DNA from: Cyanophora paradoxa CCMP329
Lineage: Eukaryota; Plantae; Glaucophyta
Direction of reading: 5' to 3'
NCBI GenBank assembly: GCA_004431415.1
Contig: QPMI01000198.1
Coordinates: 62,001 to 126,000 of the forward strand
Length of the DNA: 64,000 bases
Shown: piece by piece, positions 21,945 to 35,071 of the stretch
Numbering within the stretch: the first letter of the stretch is position 1
Layout of the letters: each line of letters opens with the position of its first letter
The notes under the pieces: model-generated
The model's database searches: none
What the model saw: only the letters and a program-made list of their open reading frames with translations
What the model was told of the DNA's origin: nothing
Position numbers and translations under genes: made by a program

Positions 21945-23208
21945 ATGCCTACCTCGAACGTTTCTTTGCCCGAGCTTCCGAGATCCATGCGGATGTTGTC
22001 GAATTTCGAGTTCTCGATATTGCCCGAAGAAGACGCTTTCCATCAGGTGTGCTTGCTGCGTCTACGCGCCGCCGACGGGCCGCCGATCTGACCCCGCGCG
22101 CCCCCGCAGGGCCGGGGCGTGTACATCCACCGGTCTCCGAGCCGCGAGCCGTCGGGCAACGCGCTGCCGCTGCAGGAGCTGCAGCGGGCGACGATCTTCA
22201 TCTCCCGCCTGCGCGTCGTCATCGTGTACGAGGTCCCCGACGACGAGCTCTTCGTCGGGCGGCGCGTCTGGTCCATCCCCTTGGACTGCATCGACGAGGG
22301 TGCGCCCGGCCCCCTGGTATCCGCGTACGCGTGCGCGCCGAGCTGACGGCCGCGCGCGCAGAGGAGCTCGTGACGAGCGGGCAGCGCCCGTTCCTGCGCT
22401 TGCGCTCGCACGCGGCCTCGGCGCCGGGCTACTTCGAGGTCATCTGCGCGATCCCCGACCGAGCGCTCGCCGTCCAGGGCATGATCTACACCTCCTTCGT
22501 CATCCTCGGGTGAGCCCCGCCCCGCCCTCCCGCCCGGCGAGCGTTCCCCCACCGCCGCCGCTGACGCACGCGCGCAGGCGGCTATTCGAGTCGCGCTTCC
22601 CGGCGACGCTGGAGACGGTGGAGGTCGAGGAGGGCGAGGCGGCCGCCCCGGGCCCCTCGTCGGGGGCGGGGGCGAGGACGCCGTCGCCCCGGCCCGCGCC
22701 CCGGGGCGGCTCGCCCTGGCCCGACGAGGGCGCCTCGCCCCGCGAGAAGAAGCCCCGCTCCTCCGCCTCCCCGGCGCCCTCCGCCTTCCCCGCCATCCGC
22801 AGCGCCACCGGCTCCCCGCGCGCCTCCCCGACCCACGCCCACGCCGCCACCGCCCGCCCCGCCTCGCCCTCCCCCGCCTCGCCCTCCCCCGCCTCGCTCC
22901 CCCTCGAGCTGCGCCCCGCGCCGGCGCCGGCGCCAACGCCAGCGCCGGTGGACCCGCTCTACTGCGTCAAGGTGCCCGTGGTGGACGTGGCGACGGGCGA
23001 GCTCTGCGTCGCCTCCCGCACCTTCGAGCGGCGCCGCGCCGCCTTCGTCGACGAGGCCACGGGGCAGGTCTACCTCGCCGAGGAGCAGCGGCCGGCGCCG
23101 CTGCGGGCGCCGCGGCAGCTGCCGCACCTCGCGGCGAGCCGCCTCGCGGAGCGCGGCATGCGGCAGCTCTCCGACCTCTGCGCCCTCTACTCCGCCAGCA
23201 GGGCCTAG
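21945..23208 (+). CDS. Hypothetical protein, possible N-terminal PH/GRAM-like domain and Pro/Ser-rich linker
   Basis: Four exons with consistent GT-AG phases. ATIFISRLRVVIV...WSIPLDCIDE resembles a PH-like beta pattern. Stop TAG at 23206-23208. Confidence 0.65.
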
Positions 23209-23600
23209 GCCCCGCCGCGCCCATCTGCCATCTCTGCTATCGTCATCTTCTAGCGCGCGTGGTTTTGTGCAGTGCAGATCTGATAAGTGTCGCCGATTCG
23301 ATTTCCGGTCTGAGATACGTACCTTGCACATGGTGTTGTTGGCGATCATGGCTGAGCTCCCAGTGTAGTGGGTTGTACAGCGCCTTTCATTTTGTCTACA
23401 GTCATAGCGTGTACTTTATCCATTTGAATTCGAATCCCCTCTAGATTTTCTAGTTTAAGTATACATTCTGTACGATACGAACTTGGATTCCGAAATGGAA
23501 CGGACTCCGATGCAAGATCTGCAAGATCGAACGCGAGCGGATGCGGGAGGGGTGAGGGGGAGAGGGGAAGGGAGGGGGGGAGGGGGGGGGGAGAAGGAGT

Positions 23601-26600
23601 CTAGGCGACCATGGTCTCTCCCCAGAGGAAGCAGTCGGACCCGACGCGGAGCGAGGGGGCCGGGGCCCCGCCCGGCCCGTCGCCCGCCTCCCAGAGGGTC
23701 CCCGCCGGCCCCGAGACGGCGGCGAGGCCGCAGCAGCGGGCGCCGGCCTCGCCGCCCCGCCCGCCTCCGCCAGCGCCGCGGCGAACCAGGGCGGGGCGGC
23801 GAGGAGGAGCGCGACGGCGCCGGGGGCGGCCTCGCGGGCGGCGAGGAGGCGGCAGCGGCGGTGGAGGTCGAGAGCGAGGGCGGCGGCGCGCTCGGGGCCG
23901 GCCCCGGCTGCACCCGCGGCAGCGCCACGATCGCCAGGCAGCGCAGGTGCTCCGCGAGGCCGTGCCTGCCGGGCCGGGGCGCTCAGACGGAGAGCGCCTC
24001 GGGCGGGGCGGGGCGGCGCGGGGCGGCACCGGTCGAGGCGGGGGAGGGCGCCGGCGTGGCGCGTGGCCACCTCCAGCAGCGCGCCTCCAGGATCCGCCGC
24101 CTTGGCCGGCCGTCCTGCGCCCCCCGGGGGTGAGCCGGGCAGACAGGGAGGGGGCATGGGCGGCGAGGCGCCTCCGGGGCGGGGAGGAGGAGGCGGCGGG
24201 CGGCGGCGGCGAGGCGGGCCGGCTCGCGCAGGAGGGCCCCCGCCTCCTCCGCGGGGGCGAGCTCCAGCGGCAGCTGCAGGCCCCGCGAGCGCCCCGCCGG
24301 CCCCGGGCCGGGGGCGGGCGGGTGGGCTTTGGCGGGGTGCGGAGCGCCCCTGAAGAGGGACGCGAGGTCGGGCATCGCGAGGCCGAAGAGCCCCGGCCCC
24401 CGCTGCCCCCCCGGCACGCTTTAGGACGGGTCGAGGGAGGAGCCGGGGAGGGAGGGGGCGCGCCTTGGACTTGGCCGCCGCGTGCCGCTGGAAGACCGCC
24501 GCCCCCTCCGCCAGCGACTCCGCCTGCGAGGGGGCGCGGTGTCGGGGTCGCGGGGGGTACGCGGAGGCGGCGGGGGCGACCTTCAGCTCGAGCTTCTCGA
24601 GGGCCTCGCCGCGCTCCGCCGCCCGCCGCTGGGACGTCGGCGCGGGGGAGGCCGAGGAGGAAGAGGAGGGGGCGGGGGGCACGGGCTTGGGGGCTCCTGG
24701 GGCCGGGCGAGGGAGTGGCGGGCGAGGCCCGAGGCGGCCTGCTGCAGCCGCTGGGGCGCCGCGGAGGCGAAGGAGAAGGCCGCCGCCGCCGCCGCCGCGA
24801 TCGGCGCCGCCGCCGCCTGCGGCGCGGAGAGCGCCAAGGCCGGCGGGGGCGGGGCGGCGGGAGCGGGCGGGGCGGGTGCGGGGAGGAGACGGGCTTGGGC
24901 CGGGCGCGGAGGCGGGCGATGAGGTCGTCGCTGATGGCCACGCGCGCCGCCGCCGGCGCCGTGGCGGGCGGGCGGGCGGGCGGGTCAAGGCGCGTGGGGC
25001 GGTCCGCACGGGGCGTCGCGGCCAACGGCTTCTTCGGAGCGGCCGCCTCCGGCGGCGGTCGCGCTGCGGCAAAGGGACTCGCCCTCAGCGGCAGACGAGA
25101 GGCGGAGCGGGCTACGGGCGGCCCCGGCGCACCGGCCGCCGCCTCCTTCTTCGCGTGGGGGCGAAGGCCGGCCAGGGCCGCCCCTGCGGCAGAGCGGGGC
25201 CTCAGCGAGGGAGGAAGGCCGCCGGCTGGCCGGCCGAGCGTTGGCCGGGGCACACCGACGCGGCTGGCGAGGCTCTTGCGGGGCACCGGCGCCGCGTCCG
25301 CCGCCGCCAGTTTGGCCGACTCTGCCGGCGACGCCCGTGGGCGGCGGGCGTCGCGGGGCGGAGCGGGGGGAGGGCGCACGCTCGAAGGGCCGCGGGCGCT
25401 CCTTCTTCTTCTCCGTCGCCTCTGCGGCGCCGCCTCAGCCCGGCCGGGCGGGGCGGGCAGGCGGGGCGGGGCGGCGCACCCTTCTGCTCTGCCGGGGGCC
25501 GCGCCGACGTGAAGAGGCGGGTAGGCGTCTCCTCCGCTGGCGGGGCCCGCGTGAGGCTGCGGGGGCCGAGCGATGCGACGGGAGGGGCGGGGCGGGGCGG
25601 ACCCTCGTCCCGCAGGGCCCCCGCCATGACGTCCGAGTCCGGCGGGGGGGCCGCCCCGGGCCGCCTCGCCCGCGCCCTCCCCGAGCCCGCCGGCGCCTTC
25701 TTCGACGCGAAGACGGCCTTCTGCTGCTGCGCCGCCGCCGCCGCTGCGGGGCGCACGGGGTCCGACGGGCGCGACCTCTGAAGGCTCGGCGGGCGGGGCG
25801 GGGCGGGGCGGGCGCACCCTTGCCGCCCTTAGCAGCGAACATCCCCTCCTCCTCCTCCTCCTCCTCGCGGTCCTTGTCCTCCTCGCCCTCCTCCTCCTCC
25901 TCCTCCTGCTCGGCCTCCTCGAGGGCGAGCCGGGCGATCTCGGCCTCTAGCCCCGAGGCCCGCCGCCCCGGCCCCTCCTCCTTCTCCTTCTCCTTCGCTT
26001 CGCCGGGGACGGCCGCGGCCCCGCGCTCGGCCCGCGGCGCCTCGTCCTCGTCGACCTGGCGCTTGGAGTTGCGCGGCCGCCGCCTCGGCGCCTGCTCCCC
26101 GCCCTTCCTCGTGTCCTCCTTCGCCCCGCCGAAGGGGTCGGGCGGGGACACCTCCCCGACGCCGACCCGAGGCGTGAGCTTGGGCGGGGGCCCCGCGAAC
26201 CGCCTCCTCGGCGGCGTAGCGTCCCTCCGCTCGAGGGGTCCGGGCGGGGCGAGGGGGCGCGCCTCCTCCTCCCGCTCCTGCCTCTCCTGCTCGAAGAAGA
26301 AGGCGGCGGCGGCGTCGTCCGCCCAGGGCGCCTCCTCCTCGTCGACCGCGCGCCTGCTCCAGCGGCGGTGCCTCGCCGGCGCCGCCGCCGCCCTCCGCTC
26401 GCCCGCCTCCGCAAGCTCCGCCGCGAGCCCGAACTCCTCCCGCGCCGGCTGCCGGGCCGCCCGCCCCGGCCCCGCCTCCCGCGCCGGCGACGGCAGGAGG
26501 TCCTCCAGCGACTCGGCCTCGGGCGGCGGCGCCCGCTGCTGCTGCTGAACCTGCTGCTGCTGGAGCTCCACGGGGGGGAAGTCGAGGAGGCTCGGCGCCG

Positions 26601-28780
26601 CCTGCTGCGCCTGCGGGGGCCCCGCCGGGGAGAGCCCCGCCTCGAATCCCCGCTCCTCTTGGGGAGGCGGCGTCGGGCTGGACGCCCGCTGCGCCGCGGG
26701 GAGCGCCGCCTGCTGCTGCATCTGCTGCATGGCCTCCTGCGCGACCCGCTGCGGCTCAGGCTGCGGTGGAGGGGGAGGGCCAAAGTCCTCGCGGCGCAGG
26801 GGGGGCGCGAGGGGCGCCTGGAGGCCGGGAGGGGGGAGGAAGCCCGAGGGGGGCAAGAGCCCCGCTCCGCCACCCCCGCCCCCTCCGAAGTCGTCGGGCG
26901 GGGCGCCGCCGCCGCCATCGTCGCCACCGGTGCCGGGGCCGGGGCCGTCTGCGAAGTCGGCCTCGTCGAAGCCGGCGGCGCGGCGCACGTCCGAGGCGCT
27001 CTGCAGCCGCTCCGTGTACACGTGCCGCGTCCTGCGGGGGCGGTCGGACCACCGAGGAGGGCGCCCCGGGGGGCGATGGGGCCGCACATGGCCTCGACGA
27101 GGTCGACGAGGCGCGGGGGAACGTTCCTCTCCGCCGCGAGTTGCCGCCAGAGGCGCTGCTGGGGCGGCCGCGGCGAGCCCAGCAGCATGCACGCCGCCAC
27201 CCGCCTGGCCCCGCAAGCTCAGCGGCGCTCTGGAAAGGCCGAGTCGGGCCCCGGCGGTCCGGCGAACTGGGCACCCGAGGGAGTAGACGTCGGAGTAGGG
27301 CCCGGGCTCCGGCGGGTCCTCCACCTGCGCCCCGCCCCCGCCCGCCTCAGGGGACGCGGCGCCTCCGGGGGGAGCCCCGCGCCTGCTCGGGGGCCGCGAA
27401 GTTGGCCGGCCCGACCGACGTGTAGTCGCTCCGGCCCGTCGTCTGCGGCGGCGTCGGGGGCGCGGGCGGGGCGGGGCGGGGCGCGGACGGTGGCGATGCC
27501 GAAGTCGATGAGGAAGAAGCGGGCGGGGCGGGGCCCGGGCGCCTGGCCCCCGCCCCCCGCGGGGCGGCGGACGATGTTGCTGGGGGAGACGTCGCGGTGC
27601 ACGAGCCCTGCCGGCCCGTCACGGCGGGGCCGGGCGGCGTGCGGGCCGGGGGGGCCTCACCCTTGGCGTGGACGTAGAGGAGGGCGTCGGAGAGGTCCTC
27701 CAGCATCCCCAGCACCTCCCCGGGGGGGAAGGGGCGCGCCTGCCCGCCCCGCCGTCCGCAGTCTAAGCGAGGGCGGGGTGCGGGAGGCGGCGGGCGGGGC
27801 GCACGGGGCCGCGGTCGGCGAGCTCGCGGGCGACGCTCTGCCCCTCGATCAGGTCCATCACGTACGCCCTGCCCGGGCCGGGCGTCGGGGGAGCGACGGG
27901 GGGAGGAGGGGCACAGGGAGGCGGGCGGGCGGGCGGGGCGGACCGGCGGCGGTGGAACTCGAAGGCGTCCCAGAGGGCGGGGATGAGCGGGTGCCGCAGC
28001 GCCCGCAGCAGCTCCTGCCCGCGGGGCGCCCGTGAGGCCGGCGAAGAGGCGCGGGGCGGGCGGGCGGGCGCACCTGCTCGCACTCGAAGGAGCCCTCGGC
28101 GTACTCCTCTGGTATGCACGAGCGGCCCGCTCCCTTCAGGCACTTAAGCGCCTTCGCCAGCGGGTCCCGCCCCGCCCCGGGTCCCGCCGCCGCCGCCGCC
28201 TCGGCCTCCGCCCCGGACGGCCGCGGCGGTCGCTGGAGAAAGATGCGTTTCTCCGTGCAGCGGTACGTTGTCGCGAAGGCGCCGTCCCCGAGGCGCTCCC
28301 ACGCTGCGCGGGGCCGTGAGCGCCGCGGCGGCGCGGCGCACGCGCGCCTGGCTGGCATAACGGCGGCGCACCGACGTACTCGCCCTCGCTCCCGCGCGCA
28401 GTGAGCGGCGTGCGGCTGCCGTGGCACTCGCAGACACAGGAGCAGGAGCCGCCGGCCGCCTTCTCTGCATCGTCCCCGCCGCAGCTGCTGTCGCACCGCA
28501 GGCAGAAGAGCTGGAAGGCCGGCGCCGCCCCGACGACGAGTGACCGCGTCTGAGAGGAGGCCGACGACGCGGCTGCAGCAGAGCCCGCGCCGGACCCAGA
28601 TCCCGCAGAGCCGGCGAGGCTCACATTCCCGTAGCCGCCGCTCGCCGCACCGGAGGATTCGGCGGAACCTCCAGAGCCCTGAGAAATGCCGTAGCCGCTG
28701 GAGACGCGGCCGGTCGAGCCCGCGGACCCCGACCCGCCGGAGCGGGACAGATAGCCGTAGCCGCTCGACCCGGCGCTCAT
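23601..28780 (-). CDS. Ser/Thr protein kinase (bacterial Pkn2/Spk-like) with long low-complexity C-terminal region containing an R-SNARE-like motif; could be two genes
   Basis: Kinase motifs LGDGAFATTY, KALK, FECEQ|ELLRALRHPLIP, VHRDVSPSNI, LIDFGIA, FAAPEQ and YSDVYSLG at ~28300-27000. Gly/Ser-rich and Cys-rich N-terminus. ERGEALEKLELK|AESLAEGAAVF near 24500-24620. Exon chain 3' of 25800 is less certain. Confidence 0.75.
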
Positions 28781-29076
28781 CGCCCGCGTCTCACAGCGCG
28801 GGATACGGCTCAGCAACGGATCAAACTGAGGCGCTGGACGTATGCATGCGCTGGGCTTCGGCGACCTTGCTTCAGACGCGTACAAGACACAAAACAATTC
28901 GGCCCGCTTGAATGCTGCCAATGTGCACGATGTGCACGTCTACACGCCTTGGATCTGCTCGTCGGCAACGCGATCGGCGCTGCGGTTGTTGGGGTACGCG
29001 AATTGGGGGCGGTCACTCAACTCGCTGCGCACGTATACGCAGCACGTACGCGCTCATTTCACATTGAATACATCGC

Positions 29077-32000
29077 TCACAGGCCGTAGCCGGTGCTGTA
29101 GTGGGCCCCCTCGTCGCCCCACGTGTCGTCCAGGAAACCGGGCTCGAGGGGGCGGGGCGGCGGCGGCGGCTGTTCTCGTGCCGGGGGCGCCGCCTCGCGA
29201 GGATCGGGCCCCGGGGCGAACGCCTTCCGCGCGCTGTCCGGCGCCGGCAGGCGGGCCGAGGGGGGCCCCGAGGCCCGCAGCCCGTCCCCCTCGGGGTGCC
29301 CCCGGCGCGCCGAGTAGGGGCCGCTGGCGGACCCCGCGGGGTACTGGCCGGCCCCGTACTGCGCCGACGGCGCCGCCGGCGGCCGGCCCTGCGAGCCCGA
29401 GTGCGCGTACGGCTCCTGCGCCGCCCAGCCTCCGGCCTGCGCCCCCGGCGCCCAGGAGCCCGAGGCGAGCACCCTGCGCCCGAGCCGCCGTGCTGCAGCG
29501 GCGTCGAGCCGCGCGCTGAGGGCGGGCGCGCCGAGGGGCCGGCGCCGCTGTCGCTCCCGCGGCGCGACGCCGCGCGGCCCGAGCTGCGGGGGCCGTCAGT
29601 GCCGGGGGCGCGACGCGCGGGGCGCGCGGCATGGGCGCGCGCACTCCGGCCCGGCGGCGAAGGCGCCTGTGGAGAGGTACGCGAGGCCGGGCCCGGGCCC
29701 TGATTCGTCCTCGTACCCCGCCCCCTCCTGCGGCCCCGTGGGTCGGCGTGGGCCGGCCGCGTCGACGCGAGGGGTGGGCACGCACGCGCTGCTGGGAGGG
29801 GCGCCGGAGGAGGCGAAGCCGCCCGCGCGCCCGCGCCGCGCGCTCTGCGGCTCCTCCTGCGGGCGGCCCGTGAGCGGGGCTGGTACGGGCGGCTCGGCCC
29901 GGCCCGGCCGACCTCCGCGTAGGAGCCCGCGGTGTAAGCGCGGCCGCGCCGCACGGAGCCGCCGGCCTGCACCGGCGTGGCCGCCTGCTGCTGCCACCCG
30001 TCCGGGCGCTCCTCCTGCACCGGGCCGCCGGTCAGCGCGAAGGGCGCGGCGCCGGCGGCGGGGACGCCCGCGCACCTCGTCGTAGTGCCGCGCGCCGGAC
30101 GGTCGCGTCCGCTGGGAGCCCTGGCGCCGAGGCCTCAGAAGGAGAGAGACACTGGCGAGGCGGCAAGGGAGCGCGGGGGCGCACGTCGGTCTGGGCGGAG
30201 AAGGGCCCGTGGAGGCGCTCGAGGGCGGCGGCGCGGTCCTCGGCGCGGGCGGCGCGCTCCTGCAGCGCCGCCTCGCGCCCCCGCGCCTCCTCCGCCGCCC
30301 GCTCCGCCGCCTCCGCCTTGGCGCGCGCCGTCGCGAGCGTCTTCCGCAGCTCCTGCTCCGCCGCCGCCTGCTCCCTCTCCCGCTGCCGCAGCGCGTCCAC
30401 CTGCGGGACGAGGGGAATGAGCCCCAAAATAGACGCCTGAAAGCAACGCCACGCGCCTCGGCGGTGCTCCGCGTGACCGCTGGGGCCGCCCCCGGCGCTG
30501 CGGCGCTGCGGGCCGGCGTCAGGAGCGGCGGGGGCGGCGGGGCGGGGCGGTGGGGCACCGGAGCTGCTGCTGGGCGGCGGCGAGCTGCTGGCGGAGCGCG
30601 TCGGCGTCGGCGGCGAGCTGCGCCTCCCGCTCCCGCGCCCGCCCCGCCGCCGCCGCCGACTCGCCCAGCTGCTTCCGCAGCTGCGCCACCGTCGCCTCCA
30701 GCTGCGAGGGCCGGGCCGCCGTCAGGGAGCGTCCAGAGCCGCGAGGGGCAGCGCCGGACCGTGGCGAGGGCCTCGGCGGGGACGCCGGACGAGCCGGACG
30801 GCGGCTGGCCCGGGGCCGAGGCCGACGCGGCGGCGAGGTCCCGCTCCCGCTGGGCCGCCGCGAGGGCGATCCGCAGATCGGCGACCTGCGCCCGCAGCGC
30901 CGAAGCCTCTTTCTCCACCGCCTCCAGCCTCCCCTCCAGCCGCGCTGCGCGGGGCCGCGGCGTGAGTGGCGGGGCCTCGCTGGGAGCGCGCGGCGGGCAC
31001 CGCGCTCGTCGGCGGCGCGGTTGCGCTCTTCCTGCGCGGCGGCGACGGCCTCCTGCCACTTGGCCGTCAGCGCCGTCTCCCGCGCCGCCAGCTGCGACTC
31101 CGCCTCCCGCAGCTGCGCGCCGCCCGTCGGCCCCGGCTGCGCGGCGGTGTCGAACGCCCACACGCGGACCTTGGACTGCAGCGCGGCCGCCTCGTTGCGG
31201 GCCGCCGCAAGCTCGGGCAGCACGGAGGAGGCCGATGCCCGCCCCGACGCCGACGCTGGCCGGGAGCCCGGGGCGGGCGCGGCCGGCGACTCGGCTGCCG
31301 CTGCGGGCGCGGGGCACCGGCCACCCCAGACGGCGTCGCCGGCGGCTGCGGAGCCGGGGCGGCGGGCGTCTGCGGGGCGGCGGCGGCTGCGGCCTGCTTC
31401 GCGGCGGCGGCCTGCAGCTCCGCCTGCCGCGCGAGCGCCGTCTCGACCTCCCGCCTCGCCGCCTCCGCCTCCCGCTGCGCCGCCCGCGCCGCCTCCTCCG
31501 CCTGCACCCCGTCTCAGACGAGAAAGGGGGGGTTGGCGTCCCAGCGCACCCGCGTGCGCTCCGCAAAGAGGGCGGCGCTCTCCCAGCGCAGCTCGTTGAC
31601 GCGGCTCTCCAGCTTCTCGCGCTCCTGCGCCCACTTCGCCCACTCCTCCTCCGCCCTGCATCGCGCTCAGCGAGCGCCGCATAGAGCGCGAGGGGCGGCC
31701 GCACGCTCGGAGGCGCCGCAGGTCGGCGGCTAGCTCCGTGTTCAGCTCCGTGAGCTTCTTCTCCGCCGCCGCCCGCGCCGCCGCCTCCGCCTGCAGCTCC
31801 TCCACTTGCCGCGCCAGGTCCTCCATTCGCGCAACTGCCGGCATGGCGTCAGAGGCGCGGAGAGAGGGCGATGCAAGGCCCGCTCGCCCGTCTTCTGGTG
31901 CTCCCTGTACGTGATCCGCGTGTCCGCGTCCGGCGACGGGACCGACGCCTTCTCCGCTGCCACAATCGCCACGCGCGCCTTCGCTTCCATTGCCTCGTGC

Positions 32001-32593
32001 TGCGCCTGCGTCGCCTTCGCTTGCAGTTGCTTCAGCTGCGCGAACGTGCGGCGTCAGCTAACGCGGGTCAGCGGGGCCTGGCTGCGCAGCGGTCACCTCT
32101 TTCTGTAGGCGCTCGCGGTGCGGAATCCTGACTCGGTCGTAGGCGTAGCCGTGCGCCCTCGCGATGAGCTCGTCCACCTGCGGCGCGCGGGGTCAGGGGC
32201 GCAAGATTCGCACTGGCGCAGCTGGGGCACCTTCTCATCGTTCAGGCGAGCGCTGTTGACGAGCTCGCGTCTCAGGATTGCAATGGTGACCTCCTGGTCC
32301 TTCAGATCTTGCTGTGCGGACCAGCGCATCAGTTCAAGCGAACCAGACCGCGAGCCCACATGCGCTTGCCTCGAGTAGCTTGATGAGGTTGGATCGCTTG
32401 TTCTCCTTGTTCTGTATCTCTGCATCCTTGATGCGCTTCTCCAACAGCTGGATCGTGCCCATCAACGCCCGGACCTTCTTGTTGTGCACTTCCGTCAGCG
32501 CCCTGATCCTGGCCGCTGCCAGCTCTGTGCAGCCAGCGGGGTTAGCTAGAGCTAAAGAGGCGCTCGAGACGGGTGCGCGCCTCCGCCGAGCAT
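29077..32593 (-). CDS. Long coiled-coil protein, copy A (apparently full length)
   Basis: Many phase-consistent exons with heptad-rich peptides (HNKKVRALMGTIQLLEKRIKD, QEREKLESRVNEL) and a Pro/Gly-rich tail ending YSTGYGL-stop. Confidence 0.75.
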
Positions 32594-32748
32594 GGCCTCG
32601 GCATCTTTCGCTGCATGCGAACCGCTCGCTTCTCTCGGCTGGCGAGAGCTGCTGGGGCCTGCAATCGCTGCAGAAGGAGTAGCATGCGCGTGCGGTGCCC
32701 TTCCCGCGCTTGGCGGGCGGCTCCGCGGGGCGCTGGCCGGGCGCGAGG
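29233..32748 (-). repeat. Inverted segmental duplication, arm A
   Basis: Reverse complement of 55453-58746. Paired ORFs (e.g. 32093..32425 vs 55776..56108) are near-identical and introns are shared. Confidence 0.95.
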
Positions 32749-32983
32749 ACATTCGAAAATACCCGCCTGGCCCGATTCGAACACGCAGCGTACGGGGGTG
32801 TCTGAATTTGATCGCATGCGCAGCTCGAGCTTGCAATTGATCATGATCGATATCATGATCATGACCGGCGTCGCGGCCGCGGCCGAGTCGGCGAAGCTCA
32901 AGCAGCCTGGCAGTCGATGTACACAACGCGTACGTCAACGCGAGCTTGACCTACCAGGCTACCTCCGAAACGCTAGGGTCGAG

Positions 32984-34604
32984 CTAGGCTCGCCCCGGGG
33001 GGAGGTGCTGCAGGGGCGAGTCGCTCAGGTCGGGGCCGATGGATGTGACAGTTTCCGTGGCGGGGGGAGGCAGGGCGGACGCGGGGAGGACCAGCCCGCT
33101 GACCGTTCGCCCCAGCGCGTGGAGGGGTGCCGGGCAGCGCGTGGGCGACGGCGGGTCAGCCGGCGGGCGGGGCGCGAGCTGTGGGGAAGGCGGCGCCGGC
33201 GCCGGCGAGATGGAGGCGGAGCGGAGGGAATTGGATCCGCAGGGGGGGTGCGGGGAGAGCGGGGGGCGGGGCGAGAGCGGGGGACGGGGCGAGAGGGCTC
33301 GGTCGACGTCGCCGCTGGCGTGCGCGTGCGCATTCGTATCGGAGTAGCGGCGGGATCGGAACGAGAGCGAGTTGCATCCGGGGGAGGACGGAGCAGGGTC
33401 CGTCGACCCAGTGTCGTCGGAGGCCGCGGCGGGCGCCGAGGCTCGGCGCGAACTGATGGAGGGTGGGGACGGGGAGACGCGGGGGGAGGCGGGGGGTAGG
33501 CCGAGGGCTTCACGATCCCGGCCCGAGTCGGACGCGGCGACCAGCGCCCGGCGGCCCCTGCGCGTGCGCGAGGCCCTCGGCGTCAGAGGCGTCGGAGGGA
33601 GCACGTCGCGGGATGCGTTTCGGACCGCAGGCTGGAGTTCCCCGCTGCGATGGCGGCGGGATGAGTGAGGCGAGATCTAGAGCGCTGGCCATTGCCCAGC
33701 GCGCGACCGCGGCACGCACCGATGGGCGGCAAAGTCGGGCTGCGGGATTCTGGCCTGGACTCCTCGCCATCCCCAGGGGCTGGTAGGGCAAGAATTCAGG
33801 CGAGGTGCATCCTGAGCACATTCCACGCTGCGCACCATGCAGGAGGTCCAGCTGGGGCCGGGCCCTGCTCGATTTGATAGAAGAATCACGCCCGGAGCCT
33901 GTCGGCGCCAAAGGGAGCATGTGTCAGAGGCCTCGAGGTTCTGCCGACGGCCGCGATCGCACCTCCCTGCGCCTCGAAGGGGAGCTTCAGCGACGCGCCT
34001 GCGCCGGGGTCCGCCTCGATTGCCGCCCCGTCGCCGGCGCCCTTCGCGGCCATCTGGTACCGTCGCGCTCGCTGCAGAGCGCGGGCGGACGGCGTCGCTG
34101 TGGGCTCCAGGTCGCTGCTGGCCTCCCCCGCGACGGCCTCGTCGCTGTAGCAGTCGCTGCCGTCATCGGCGTCACTGCCACCCTCGTCCGCCGTAGGGCC
34201 ATTTGCGTCCAACCGTTTCGCCTCCAGCTCCTCCTCGAGCACGCGGCGCAGCGAAGTCGCTCCGTACGATCGACTTAGCTGCGGACGCGTACGGCGTTCG
34301 ACCCGCGCATGCGCACTCAAGACAAGACGCGCCAGCGGCGGCCTTGGCGATCGGCAAGGACGCACCCGATGGCATGTTTCCGGCTCCGGAGTCGGCGCAT
34401 CGATAGAGACGCGAAGGGCCGGCCGGGCTGGCGCGGATCTGTCCCGATCTCCGTGGATGATGCCCTTGAGGCCATCGCCCGTCTGCAAGACTCGCTGGAC
34501 CCCAACGTCCCCCGCATAGGGACTAAGGAACTCCATCCAGATCGCTCGCCGCGCCGGGCGGAAACTAACGCGTGCTGCTCTCGGCCGCGCGCCAAGCCCT
34601 CAAT
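32984..34604 (-). CDS. Hypothetical Ser/Pro-rich protein
   Basis: Coding-like minus-strand segments (MEFLSPYAGDVGVQRVLQ..., SLRRVLEEELEAKRLD, repeated RPPLSP) separated by intron-like gaps. No domain recognised and boundaries are uncertain. Confidence 0.45.
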
Positions 34605-35071
34605 GGCTCGCTCCTGACTCGAATGGCGTTGGGGCGGGGCTGGGCGATACTAGTATGCCTACGCTGAGCGCTAGATGTTCCTCAGTTCGACCCGCTCTCC
34701 TGCTTGCGTACTCCTCGCACGTCCCTTGGGTCGGTCGGCGGGGCGACTCGAGGTGAAACTCGAGACGGCTTCGCGCGGTTTGCTTTGATGCTACAACAAG
34801 TCGGCGCGGCTGCCGCGACTCGCGGGAACCAGAGGACAAAGCTTCTTGTGAAGGGGGGTCGGCCCGGTCGGCCCGGGTCGGGTTCGCACCGGGTACGGGC
34901 ACTTGCCAACTTCAGACAACGAGCAAGTCCCAGCGGAGCGCGCCTGCGACCATCTGCATCTCGGAGACGCACAGTTAGCTCGAGCGCGGGCAGAGTCCAG
35001 GCCCGGCCACTAGATCATCGGCACTGATACTTAGCTAAGCTTGGAAACTGGTGGCTGGAACCCGGATAGCG

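Noticed and set aside
23450-31844. Many long (400-740 aa) Arg/Pro/Gly/Ala-rich ORFs on both strands
   Set aside because: Stop-codon scarcity in very GC-rich DNA. They are off-frame or antisense to spliced genes.
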